The notes under the pieces were generated by a model. The model ran no database searches and was not told the DNA's origin. It saw nothing but the letters and a program-made list of their open reading frames with translations. From Rebecca billardiae RCC1528 (Eukaryota; Protista; Haptophyta), in assembly GCA_965240325.2 (NCBI GenBank), contig OZ251235.1:806001-870000 (forward strand): DNA of 64,000 bases, written 5' to 3'. Positions 44,114 to 55,891 of the stretch are shown piece after piece; positions within the stretch are counted from its first letter, which is position 1; every line of letters starts with the position of its first letter. The translations under genes and the position numbers were made by a program.

Positions 44114-44991
44114 AGAGGCAAACGCAGTCCGCCCGGCGCGGCCACGCCGAGCTGCGTGCCGGGCGTGCCGCGCTGCGCGGGCGCGAGCCACCAGAGGCCG
44201 AAGAGGTTGAGCGCGTTCGACGCGTGCGGGAGCAGCGCCGTCGCGCCGGGCAGCGCGCGCAGGTACGCCCACGCGCTGCGCGCCGACGCGCGCGTGCCGC
44301 CGAGCGCGCCGAGCGCCCGCGCGAACGGCCCAAGGCGGAGGGGGAAGGCGGTGGCGCCGAGCGCGGCGCCGAGCGGGCGGCCGGCGGTGACGTCGTCCCA
44401 CGCGGCCTCGGCGAGGGCGCCGCCGGCGGAGAAGACGGAGGCGAGGGCGCGCGCGAGCGCCGGGTCGTCGGCCCGCCAGCCGAACGGCGCAGCCGCGCGC
44501 GGCGCCGCCGCGCGCGCGCCGCCCAGCCCCGCGCCGCGCGCGGGCGCGGGCGGCGGCGCGCGCGGCTGCGCCACCGCCGCTGACAGGAGCCAGGCGAAGG
44601 CCTGGCGCGCGCACGCGGCGCCGAGCGCGGAGGGGTAGCATGCCGCGGAGGTGGGCGGCTCCTCCCACGCGCCCGCGCACTCCACGCACCCGCTCGCCGC
44701 GCCCGCCAGCGCCGCCGCCACCGCCAGCGAGGTTGATGCCGCCCCGCCGCCGCCGCCGTCCGCCGCCGCCGCCGCCGAGCCGCCGAGCGCGCCGCCGCCG
44801 CCGGGCGCCGGCGCGGCGGGCGCGGGCCGCAGCGCGGCGGGCACCTCGAAGGATGCCGCGACGAAGGCGAGGGGCTGCGCCCACGCCGCCGCGTCCGCGA
44901 GCGCGCACAGCGCCTCGTCGTCGAGCGCCGACTCCGCCTCGCGCGACGCGCCGCCGCGCGCGCCGACACCGCCGCCGCCGCCGCCGCCAGG

Positions 44992-45027
<36 letters not shown>

Positions 45028-46537
45028 TCGCGCGACGGTGAGGCCGACGAGCGTCCACGCGAGCGCGAGCACGCCAAAGCCCGCGGCGCCGCAGGCCTCG
45101 GCGCCCTCGGCGCCGCCGCCGCCGCTCGGCACGAGCGCGCGCGACGCCGCGCGCCGCGCGCCCGCGCCGTGCGAGCTCGGCAGCGCCAGCAACGAGGGCA
45201 GCGTGGCGCGCGGCGCGGGCGGCGCGGCCAGGGTGCTCAGCAGCAGCCGCGCGGGCTCGGACCACTCGGCGGCGGCGAGGTGCTCGCCGTGGGCGGCGGC
45301 GCCCTCGGCGAGCAGCAGCATCGCCATCGTCACCGCCGCGACGCACATCGACGCCGAGCGCTCGACGAGCGCGGCGGCGCGCACGGCGCACGCAGCAGCG
45401 GCCGCGCCGCCCGCGCCGCCGCCGCCGCCGCCGCCGCCGAGCGCGTCGGGCGCGCGCGCGAGCGAGAGCGTGGCCGCGTGCGGCGCGAGCGCCTCGAGCG
45501 TCTCCGTCAGCCCCGCCACCGACAGCGCGCGCGGCAGCGCGCCCACGCCGAGCGCCGCGTGGCAGTTGTGCAGCAGCAGACATTCAGACAGCAGAGCACA
45601 CTCGGCCGCGCGCTGCACGGCCGCGCGCGCGCCCGCCGCGCGGCACGCGTCGTGCTCGGCGGCGGCGAGCGCGGCGTCGAGCGGCGCGCCGGGCGCGGGC
45701 GCGGGCGCGAGCCACCACGCCCGCGCCGGCCGCGCCGCCGCGCCGCGCCCCTCGTGCGCCGCCCAGCCCGCGGCCAGCTGCGTGGTCAGACTGCCCCAGA
45801 GGTCGCTGCCCAGCATCAGCCGCTGCGAGATGGCGAGGGCGGTGGCGTGGAGCGGCGAGGCGGCGGCGGCGGGCATCGAGAGGCGGAGCAGCTCGCGCAC
45901 CACGCCGAGCAGCGCCGTGCGCTGCGCGGCGTACAGCCGCACGAGCTCCGCCTGCGCACTCAGACGCAGCCGGTGCCGCGCGGCCGCGGACGGCCCGGCG
46001 CCGCCGCCCGCGCCGGCGGAGGTGGCGGCGGCGGGCTGCTCGACGACGGCGCCGCCGCTCGGCGCGCCAGGCTCCGCGCGCAGCAGCGCGTGCGCCGCGT
46101 TCGGCAGCCGCTGCTCGAGCAGCCCGAGCAGCGCGCACGTCGCGTCCGCGCGCAAGTCGAGCAGCTCGGAGAAGTAGCTCACGGCCGCGGCGTCGTACGC
46201 GCCGGCGGCGTCGGCGGAGGCGGCGGCGCCGTCGCGCGCGGGGAAGGCGACGGTGTGCGCCGTGCCGATCGGCCGCGGGGACACGCCGCACAGCAGGTGC
46301 TCCTCGCACGCGCTCAGCCGCGCATCCTGCGCGAGCGACGCGCCGCGGCGGCGTGGGGAGTGCGCGTGCGCGCGCGCGCGCATGCCGCGTGAGCGGAGCG
46401 GCGGCGCGGCGCGGCGCGCGGGTGGAGGCGTGCGCGGGCTAGGCGGCAGCGCGCACGAGCTCGTGCGCCTCCTCCTCGCCGCTCGAGAGCGCCGCGTACA
46501 GCGCGTCCCACTCGACGGAGCAGGTGGCGGTGTCCAT
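35599..46537 (-). CDS. ~3600-aa Ala/Gly-rich helical protein, Nup188/Nup205-like scaffold nucleoporin (tentative)
   Basis: Exon 1 46537-46457, intron 46456-46327 (GT..AG), exon 2 open to 35599. LYAAQRTALLGVVRELL and FPLRLGPFARALGAL..SARSAWAYLRALPG recall the Nup188 N-terminal region. The CDS is secure; the identity is not. Confidence 0.5.
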
Positions 46538-46727
46538 CGCTGTTCGATCGGCTGGGTCGATCGGCGTCGCACGCGCGTGGGAGGGCGTGCTCGACTGCTC
46601 GCCGGCCTGGGCAGCGCTCCCGGGAGCAACCAGTCCCGGACACCGGACCGGAAAGGGATTGGCGGGCGTGGGCCGTGAAAGAGAGAAAGCTCAAGCACGG
46701 ACAGTCGGACACGGCGCTCCTGCAGCG

Positions 46728-48027
46728 ATGGCAGCGCCGCCGCCTCCGCTGCCGAAGCCCAAGCCGGTGGCGAAGGCGGCCCGCACGGCGGCGTCGGCGC
46801 CGCCGGAGGTGGAGCTCGCCATCCGCATGCGCGTCGCGCGCGAGAAGCTCGCGTACGACACCTCGCTCCACCTCACCACCGAGTGCGTGAGCCGCGAGCA
46901 GCTTGAGAGCGCCGCGCCGTACATCCACGCCAAGCACTACGACGGCGTGCTGGAGGAGCGGTGCAACGACGAGCTGTGCGCGTACCCGTGCTGCGCCGCG
47001 CGGCTCAAGCCACTCCGCCCGCGCCAGAAGTACTACATCGCCACCTTCACGCGCACGCCCGAGGTCCACCTCGCCTCGAAGATGCACCGCTTCTGCTCGG
47101 AGCGGTGCGCGGAGCTGTCGGACGCGTTCGAGCGCTCGCTCTCGCTCGTGCCGGTCTCGCAGCGCGACACGGTGGACGAGCAGCTGCAGCCGAAGCGCCG
47201 TGCCGAGCCGGACAGGCCGCGCATCCTCGGCGAGATCGTCGAGCGCGTTGTCGACCGCGCGGCCGCGGCCGCGCCCGCGCCGCCGCCGAGCGCCGCCGCT
47301 TGGCTCGCTGCCGGCCGCGCGCGCGCGATCGAAGGGCACGTGCCGGACGAGCGGCTCGACCCGTCGGCGCGCGCGGTGGGGTCGGTGGATCCGCACGTCC
47401 AGCCCGCGATGGTGCACCTCGGCGGCACAGCCGCACACCCCGGCACCGCCGCCGCCGACGACGACGACGGCGACGCGCGGCTCGCCGCGGTCGGCGCGCT
47501 ACGTGAGCTGCCGACTGCGCGGGGGGACCTCTCACCCTTTGGGGTGGTGTGGACGTTCCTGTCGAACGCGAGCACGCCGGCGACGAGCGCGTGGGTGCGC
47601 GCGCACGGCGGGCCCAGGCCGGACGCCGCGAGCGAGCACGGCGGCGGACGCCAGCCCCGACCCGCCTCGCCCGCGCCGCCGCCGGCCGCCAGCTCAACGC
47701 CGCCTGACGGCGCGGAGGGCGCGGCGCGCGCGAGCGCGGGCGCGAGCTGCGCTCAGGAGCGTGGGCGCGGCGTGGGCGCGAGGGGCGGCGGCGCGCCGCC
47801 CGCGGCGCACGGCGAGGAGGAGCTCGAGGCGATGCTCGAGCACGCGCTGCAGCTGCGCGCCGAGCTCGAGGACGCCAAGCGCAAGCGCGCGGGCCCGCCG
47901 CCCCTCGCCGCGCTCGCCGACGGCGACAGTGATGAGGAGTCTGAGGCGACGGTGGCCGTGGGCGCGGTGGGCGGCGGCGGTGGCGCGGCGGGCGCGGCGG
48001 GCGCGGCAGGGGAGCGGCGCGGGCCAC

Positions 48028-48086
<59 letters not shown>

Positions 48087-48506
48087 TCGGACGCCGGTAG
48101 CGCGGGCGGCAGCAGCGCGGACGAGGACGAAGCCGAGGCGCGCGAGCTCAGGGCCGAGCGGGCCGGCGCCGACGGCGCGCGCCGCGGCCGCGCGGGCGCG
48201 CTCACGGCGACCGAGGAGAGCGCCTCGCGCCGCGCGCTGCTCGAGCGCGCGCGGCGGCTGGTGCCGCGCGAGGACGCCGCGCGCGCGCGCGCCGTACACG
48301 CGCTGAAGCCGCTGCTGCGCACGCTGCGGCTCGGCGCGCCCGAGCCTGCGCTCAGCAGCGCGCAGCTGGACGCGAGCGCGTGCGTGCTGCTCGCCAAGGC
48401 GGGCGTGCGGCTGCCTGAGCACACGGTGGAGGGCACGCTTGCGCGCGCCGCGCTGGACCGGCACCAGTTTGAGGCGCTCACCACGTCGCTCTTCGCGCAC
48501 GGCTGA
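46728..48506 (+). CDS. RPAP2: RNA polymerase II CTD phosphatase RPAP2/Rtr1 homolog
   Basis: YDGVLEERC...CAYPCC...YYI...RFCSERC zinc-finger signature; LSPFG.VW segment. Confidence 0.85.
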
Positions 48507-48666
48507 GCCCGGCCTCACAGCGCCCGCTCGGCGTGTCCGCGCGTGTCCGCGCGGGCGCATGCCGCATGGCCCAATCGCATGGCGCAGCAGGGCGCACAGA
48601 GGAATGATGATGGAAGCAGCTTGCTGCCGCAGCTGCTGCTTATTGCTCAACTTGACTCTCAGAGTG

Positions 48667-49620
48667 GGCTCCAGCCACAGTCAGGGACGTCCACTGACCC
48701 TATGGGGGGGGTGCATTTAGACGAACCCCTGGGAGCCAGGGAGCGATGAGGGTACCAATCGAAAGATCTCCGGGGCGGCGGACGAAGCCGCAGGTTCAAA
48801 ACCGAAGCCGCAGACGATTTCGCGTATGTTTCCTTGTCCTTGAACGCGTCGTCACAGTCGAACACGGAGGACTCCATCGTGCTGACCTTTTTTTTGGCCT
48901 CCCGGACCGGTCTCCCGCACGATGGAGTTCCACCGAGCGGGCAAGGAGATGAGACGTCTCGGAGGCCTTGATCCGGGCGCATCCGCTGGTTGGCCGCGGC
49001 ACCCTGTCGCGCTCGCGCCCCGGGTGCACCCTCGTGCACTGAGAGTCACCGATGGGCGAGAAGCTGCTCGTCGACTCGAGCAAGCTGCGCGCTGTCCGCG
49101 TCGAGCTGCTCGCGCCGGCGGCCACACCTTGAGCTCGCGGCGGTGCGGGCGTGCGCATGAGCTTGTCGGCTTCGAGCTACTCGCGTCCCGGGCCGCGCCG
49201 TCAGCTCGTGGTGGCATGGGTATGCGCACGAGCTCGTGCTTGGCTGCAGCTCCTCAGAGGACTGCCACAGCTGGCTGGCTCAGAGAGTCAGAGCTTGTTC
49301 GCGAGTGCTGAGGTGCGGCGTGGCCTGCGCGGTGCGCCGCAGCAGTCAATGCGTTGCTCGATCAGGACTGCGCTGCGCTACGTCTAACGTCTTGACTCGC
49401 GAGTGAGGCGCCGAAATCGGGGCTGTGTGCAATGCGTCATGGCCGCTCGGCGCAGAGCCGACGCCGCACGACGCAGCCGGTCTGCTATGCAAATTCTGGC
49501 GAGTCAGGGGCCCTATTGAGGCGTATTTGGTCCTTCGATCGGCTGGGGGGAGCCCCCCCCAGACCCCCCCAGAGAGTCTGAATGCACCCCTGCTGGACGT
49601 CCCGGACAGTGACCGGAACC
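48667..49620. mobile_element. Putative degenerate TIR element
   Basis: 48667-48733 is an imperfect inverted copy of 49568-49620 (19/23 over CCAGCCACAGTCAGGGACGTCCA, plus GGGGTGCATT.AGAC). Confidence 0.5.
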
Positions 49621-50219
49621 AGTGGTATAAACGACCAGGGACTTGCCGACTCGACGTATACGCCTCTCATTCTCTCAACCAGCAAGCACGGAGATCGAAT
49701 TTATTCGACGGACACCGAGGGCCGCTCGACCGAGTCCGACCTCGGCCGAGGGCGCGCGCGCGCAGAATTCTGACTGAGACTCTCACTCTGAGCTTATTGC
49801 AACAACAATATAATAATAATCATTATTTTATAATATATATACTTATTGAGCGCATATTCTATATACTGTCCGGAGCTGGCTCGGGGCCGGCGGGCATAAT
49901 TACCGCACATAACACGACGATCTTTGTCCGATGATGGTCTCAGCAAATGTGAGTGACTGCGCCGCGTCAGCGCGTCGGTCGCACCCAGGCCGCTGCCGGC
50001 GGCCACTGAATCGTGCTCCGATGACCGAGTGGGTCCAGGTCACAGGAGCATCCGCACGGGCGGTCGCGTCGACCATCGTCAACAGTCAAAAGTCATCTGC
50101 TCCTCACTCAGTGCCCGACTCCCTGTCCCTCCCGAGACCGAGGCTCAAGTGCAGCCACTGGCACCGGCAGCCCCACCCCGCGTCGCGCCGCCAGCACGTG
50201 CTCGCAGCGCCGGCCCGCC

Positions 50220-51388
50220 TCAGCGATATGCGTCCGCCTGCGACCGCCTGCCCGACCCACCGCCCGGCCCAAGCCCGCGCGTGCGCGCGCCGCGTGCGCC
50301 CGAGCGCGAGCCGCCCAGCCGCCCCTCCTCGCACAGCGGCATCTCCACGTCGCATCCGAAGCCGCCGTCCGAGCCGGCGCCGAGGTGGCCCAGCAGCTCC
50401 TGCACGGCGCGCGGCGCGCGGTGCGCGGCGCGCGGCGCGCGGCTGAGCCACCGCCGTGCCCGCACGCAGCCGGCGCCGGCGCGCGCACAGGCGTGCGCAG
50501 ACAGACAGGTGGACAGACGGGCGGACAGGCGGACAGGCGGACCCACCTGCCCGTGGCCCTGCTTCAGCCGCTCGGTGATTGTCTCGATGCGCTTGTTGAG
50601 CTCACTCTTGCGGGTGGCGGAGAGGTCCTTCTCCACCTTGTAGTCTGTCACCTGCGCCTCGAGCGTCGCCATCAGCTCGACCGTCGTTTCTCGCCTGCGC
50701 GCAGTGGCCAGGTTGCCGCGCGCGCGCGCGCGAGGGCGCCGCGCCGCGTGCCATGCAGATGAGCTGCCGCATGCGCCTGCGGCGCGGCACAGCGCGCGCT
50801 CGCGGCGTGCGCGCGCGCGCGCGCGGGTCCGGCCCGGCGGCAAGCGCAGCACGGCACGCGCGCGCACCAGCTGCGCAGCTTCGCCTCCATCTGCGCCAGC
50901 TCGTCCGGGTGCACGTCCCTCCCGATCGCGTGGTGCACCTCGATCTGCTTGGAGCGCTGGTCGAGCTTCGCCTGCAGCAGGCCCTCGTAGATGAGCGAGA
51001 TGACGAGGTCCTCGAGCGCGCGGACGGAGGAGATGCCGAGGTCGCGCATCAGTGTGTCGTACGGGATCACCTGCGCGCTCGCGCACATCGAGACGAGCGT
51101 GAGCTTCTTCAGCTTGGACGCCTGCGACTCGTCCAGCTGCGAGGCCTGCGCCGGCGTGAGCGAACCCCATGTGCCGAAGGCGAAGGTGTTGAGCAGCTCG
51201 AGCACGGGCGCGTGCTCAGTGTTGGCGAGCTCCTGCACGTTTGGCAGCGCGAGCAGCTCCCCGAAGACGAAGATCTTCGGGTGTGACAGCACCTCTCGGA
51301 TCAGCGCAGCGCACGCCGCGCCCTTTGCCGACTGCGCGAGCACGACAAACTGGTGCAGCTCGCTCGTGCCGCCCTCGTCGAAGTCCAT
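50220..51388 (-). CDS. COPS7: COP9 signalosome subunit 7, 3 exons
   Basis: QFVVLAQSAKGAACAALI..VL.HP.IFVFGELL and KLKKLTLVS..VRALEDLVI..IGRDV. Exons 51388-50868, 50694-50547 and 50399-50220 join in frame. Confidence 0.92.
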
Positions 51389-51773
51389 CCTGTGCGCGCG
51401 AGGGGGTCACGGCGGCGGTGGGCGTGCCCCGGACCGTCAGCTCGGCCGAGCAGCCGGCCTTTGCTGCGGCCTCGCGTGCGCGCGCGCGTGGCGGCCAGCG
51501 ACCTGAGCGGCAGCGCGCCAAAAGCCTTCACGGGCAGTCGCCCCCGCCCGGCGGCGGGCGGGGGGGGGCAAGGCGCCGGACTGAGCCCAAACCTGGCAGG
51601 ATTCAGGAAGCACTGTGGTCCGGGCACAGTCAGTTTGACTTGCACATTGTCATTGAACATGTACACTACTACTACACTCAACACAGTATGCACAGTAGTG
51701 GCATTGGTCATCATCGGCGGACAGTGTTAAGTCCGTACTAGGTATGAGGATGCGTATGGCAGATGGCGAGTGA

Positions 51774-52658
51774 CTAGCTGTGGCCACTGCGCTTTGAATG
51801 TTTGCTGGTGATGGTGCCAGTGGCACTCGGCGTCGGAGTTGTAACAGTAGCAGCAGCGTCGCGGCTGGCCAATGCCACCGATCGTGAAGCCACGGTGGCG
51901 TTGGCGTCGCTCGGCGTCATCGCCGCCCCATCCGTCCTGTCGCCTCCACCAACGTGCCGATGACGTGGGCTCGCCCATGGCTGGTCAAGCCGACGAGCGA
52001 GCTGCATCTCGCGCTCCCATTCCGGCGCTCTTCGCCACGCGCGCTCCGGGATTTGCCATCGGGCACGGTTGATGGCGGTGTCGTGGGCTGCACGGGCAGC
52101 CGAGGACGTAACCCAAGAGGCTGATTCGCTCAGAGATGAGGGCGAGCCAGGGGCGTCCATGTGCGCTGCCTGCTGTCGAGGGCTGCGCGGCTGCGGCTGC
52201 AGCTGCTCTGCCGCTGCCAACCGCGAGACACGAAGAGTTTCCGCCTCGAGGAGCGCCGCAACGACCGTGCGCGCTGCCGCAGCCGTGTCCTCGTCCTCGC
52301 GGCTCCGTGGTGCGTGCTCGGCTGGATGCCTGCGCGAACGACGGCCCGAGTCGCTGCGCCTGTGCCCAGGGATACGCACTGCAATCGGCCGACTCGTTGG
52401 GCCATCAACCCCTCCCTCGAGCAGCGCACCGACCCGCACCAGCACGTGCACGCCCGGCGGACACTCAGAGATGTCGTGCCGGAGGAAGCTGGCCTCGACA
52501 ATGGCCTCGCCGCGCGGAGCGTACTTCACATCCGGGTCGGTGAGCTCCCAGTACTCTAGTCGGTAGGCGATGGCGCCGCGCACCGCCATCCACTCGACGC
52601 GCACGGTGCCCGGCATCAGCACACGCGCGTTCACCGGCGTGCCGTCAGCGGCGTGCAT
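51774..52658 (-). CDS. Protein with an N-terminal fibronectin type III-like domain
   Basis: P.NARV...VRVEW..V.GA.AYRLEY...L.PG..V.VRVGA....GP.S pattern. Confidence 0.6.
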   Translation of the reverse strand: MHAADGTPVNARVLMPGTVRVEWMAVRGAIAYRLEYWELTDPDVKYAPRGEAIVEASFLRHDISECPPGVHVLVRVGALLEGGVDGPTSRPIAVRIPGHRRSDSGRRSRRHPAEHAPRSREDEDTAAAARTVVAALLEAETLRVSRLAAAEQLQPQPRSPRQQAAHMDAPGSPSSLSESASWVTSSAARAAHDTAINRARWQIPERAWRRAPEWEREMQLARRLDQPWASPRHRHVGGGDRTDGAAMTPSDANATVASRSVALASRDAAATVTTPTPSATGTITSKHSKRSGHS

Positions 52659-52945
52659 CGTTGTCGCGAAGGCTCACGGTGGGCGGTGGCAGGTTGCCGC
52701 GCCATCCTTCATCGCACGCTCTCCGAAGAGAGACCTGGAAACTGGGGGTAGTACAGTTTATTTGTTTTAACGTGCGTAAGGCTCACGGCAGGTGGCAGGT
52801 TGCCGCGCCATCCTTCATTCAGTAGTAAGCTGCCACCCGTGCAGATCAGGACCCAGTACATCAGAACTCGTCGACAGAAAACGGTGCGAGCAACTGAGCA
52901 GCATTAATTTCCCCAATTTTTGGCGCGGCAACGGGATCCGCAGCC

Positions 52946-53965
52946 ATGACGGCCGTCGTCATTGCGATGAGCGTCCTCATCGCGTGCAGCGCGTCTGCAC
53001 GCTTGCCCCGGGCGAAAGGCCTCCATGTTCGCGCGCCCGGCGTTGCACTCCGTCGAACTCATCTCCTTAGTCTGTCGGATGCGTCGAATCTCGAGAGTGC
53101 CGCGCAGCAAGCGCAGCAGGCGCAGGCCGAGGTGCTGAAGGTGCTCACCACTGAACTCCAGCTCGAAACCGAGGACGAGTTCGATGAGACGTTCGAGATG
53201 CCGGCTGTGGGCCAAGTGAAGGCTCGCGTGCGCAGCTTCTCTTCGCAGCCGACCAACGTCGCTTGGGCGTCGGCTTTCGACGTCGGCGATGGCAATGGCT
53301 TCTCGGAGAGCATGCTGTCCATGTGGCTCGGCCCGCTCATCGCCGTGCCGCACATGCGCACTCGCGTGGCCGTGCGTGAAGGGGGCGTGGACCTGTCGAT
53401 CGACTTTTTCCCTCGGGCCGATGGCGCCTACGAGACCCAGCTGCCCGACGGTTCGTTCCCCGAGCCGGCCTCGCGCGAGGCGTTTGCGCACGCCGCCGTG
53501 CGGCGCGAGCAGGACGAGCTTTTCTTCACAGCAGAGGTGCGCGCATGGGAAGAGGCGGTACGCGCGCTGCCCGGGGCGATGGCCCTGGCTGAGGACGAGC
53601 TTGCAAGATCTGCCGGCTGCGCCGGACCAGTCTCCCTGGGCCTGCGCCTCCCGCCCGACGGCGTGAAGGCAGCCTGCAACGCGTGCGCCGATGCTGCGCG
53701 TTTCTGGCTGGCATGGGTGCTCGCTGCTCCCCAGCTTGGCCAGGTCAAGTCGATGCAGACATTCGCACATGACTGCAAGGTGCGGGCGCGCGTCGCGGCA
53801 GACACGGCGGAGCGCTTCGAATGCGCCTTTGGCGCGGAGGCGGGCCGCACGCTCGCTAGGATGGATGCAGGTCCGGTGGACCTCGCCGATCGCGGTGGGG
53901 CTATGAACGCGGCCGCCACTGGCAACTTTGACGAAGCGGGGACATCCACTCAGCATCAGGAGTAG
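52946..53965 (+). CDS. Probable plastid-targeted red chlorophyll catabolite reductase / ferredoxin-dependent bilin reductase-like protein
   Basis: Signal peptide plus basic transit-like stretch; SMWLGPLIAVPHM...LSIDFFPR motif recalled from algal RCCR-like proteins. Confidence 0.5.
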   Translation: MTAVVIAMSVLIACSASARLPRAKGLHVRAPGVALRRTHLLSLSDASNLESAAQQAQQAQAEVLKVLTTELQLETEDEFDETFEMPAVGQVKARVRSFSSQPTNVAWASAFDVGDGNGFSESMLSMWLGPLIAVPHMRTRVAVREGGVDLSIDFFPRADGAYETQLPDGSFPEPASREAFAHAAVRREQDELFFTAEVRAWEEAVRALPGAMALAEDELARSAGCAGPVSLGLRLPPDGVKAACNACADAARFWLAWVLAAPQLGQVKSMQTFAHDCKVRARVAADTAERFECAFGAEAGRTLARMDAGPVDLADRGGAMNAAATGNFDEAGTSTQHQE

Positions 53966-55891
53966 TGACTACCAGCCTGGGATGGGTGCATTCGCGGCCC
54001 CGCTGAGACTACAGGTGAAGCGTCGCGGACCGTTAATGCGGGCTCGGCCGCTCGGTCATCCGGCAGGCTACGGTCCGACGCGACACTCTCCGATTGAGTC
54101 TGTCGCCTTCTGTGGCCACGGTGTCGGACTACCTGTCACCTGACTGACGACCGCCTAGACAATAATCAATAATATTATTAGCGCTATATCTGCTCAGCAT
54201 ACAGTACGTATGTCTGTCCACTCATACGGGCTCCTCCGGGATCTGAGCCGCAGTGGCATTACCTGAGAGTATAAGAATAAGTGATGACTGACAGACTGTG
54301 AGTGTGATCCGCGCACGGGTCATCCGACCTTGCAGCGTCAGGATGCGGGCTGACACTCGGCTGCGCGTGGCCCAAAGCCGATAGCCGACTGTCTATGCAC
54401 GAGATCGCGCGCTAATTGCCCAATAGGGCGCTCGGCACGCGGTCCTAAGCACGAACCCCGTGCGGGCGAGGCCGTCCGTGCACCCCGGGACTCGGTCGTC
54501 TATGCCCGACTCCGAGCCAACGCGCATTGGAATGGGAGGCATAAACAGTGTGGTGCTCAGCACACTGTCGCTGCCCTGTCGCCTGATCGGACGAGTAGTA
54601 TTGTACTGAGGCAGCCGCTCCGCGAACCGGTGCTGTGCTGGCGGAGACACACGGTCCGAGCAGCGCCGGCAGCACGGTGACCGGGTCCCACCGCTAGGCG
54701 CTACGGTCGCCGAACCCGGGCCCACTCTCCCTGTCTGTAGGCGACAGGCCGGATTATTACTCAGTTCCAGGCAGTTTAATAGTGTACCATCGTAAGTCTA
54801 AGTGTCAAAGACGCGCAGGCCGCTGCTAAGTAGTAAGTTTTACAGATTGATGTAGCATTCAGATCGCCATCCGTGATCCGGATTCCAGCGCTGACTCGTC
54901 ACTCGGCTAGGGTGCCGCGGTCCGGACGCATGTCAGATGGCAGTCTCAGCCGCGAGTAGCAGCTGGCCCAGCCGTCCCCGTGCGCCCTTGGCCGCGTCCC
55001 GCGTACGCGCGTGCCGCTCCGCGCTTCGGGTCCAGTTGGCTGGCCGTGGCGGCGGCATGCGCTGCTGCTGCGGCTCCTCCTAGACCTAGTCACGTCCAAC
55101 AGTTCGGTCGTCTCGCCTGCGCGTGAAAGGAAGGGGGCGCAGCGGGACTGGCGGCATGTGCAGGTGTAGGCGCCAGGCGCGCCGCCTTGCGCGCCTGATG
55201 TTCCTTGACGGCGCGGGCGCGCGGCACGTCGTCATCGTGGTATTTTGTGGTGCGGTGAACGAGTCCGTCGGCCCTGCGCTGTTGTCTGCGCTACCCGCTG
55301 AAGTATTACTACGCATGAATCATCAGCGAGGCGACGAAAACCATAATCACGCCTGGCGAAGGTTCGCTATCCGAACAAAAACCAGATCTAGCGCTGAGAT
55401 CTTTCTTGGTCTTATCACGACGGATACGTTCAGAACGGCGCACCTCATTGGCCAGCACAATTTTGAAATGATACCTTGAGTACGGCCAATGACCCGCCTT
55501 CGGAGCCGGTATCGTGCAAAAGTGTAACCGGGCCCGAGCAGTGGTTGGATTCGACACTCTGATTGGTCCGGTGGCAGACTCAAAAAAATAATGTATGGGC
55601 ATGCGGGCAGATGTGGGTGTGACCAAAGTGACCGAGCTCGGCGAAGCTGTTGTCAACTCGGCCCTGCTCGGCGCGATACATTCGGCTCAGGCACCAATCA
55701 GATGGTCAGGCCTGTGCTAGTTGAAAGTTAACCGCGGTTACTACATTTAATTACCATCGCCGTAGCGCGCTACTGACGATTAATATTTCTCGGCTGCTCG
55801 GGCCCTTGCGGCCAGGGGCCGTACCCACATACCTGCCCCCGGGAGTCGACGGCGGCAGCCGAGGACAGAGCAGCACGCTGTGCCCTCTGTC

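Noticed and set aside
46538-46698. ORF-track starts for the 3699-aa and 660-aa proteins (overlapping)
   Set aside because: Both are non-ATG; ATG 46537 with an in-frame intron and ATG 46728 give non-overlapping genes.
54150-55750. Short ORFs, CCAAT/ATTGG words and small hairpins upstream of the Myb gene
   Set aside because: No coding signature or repeat partner was found in the window; too weak to call.
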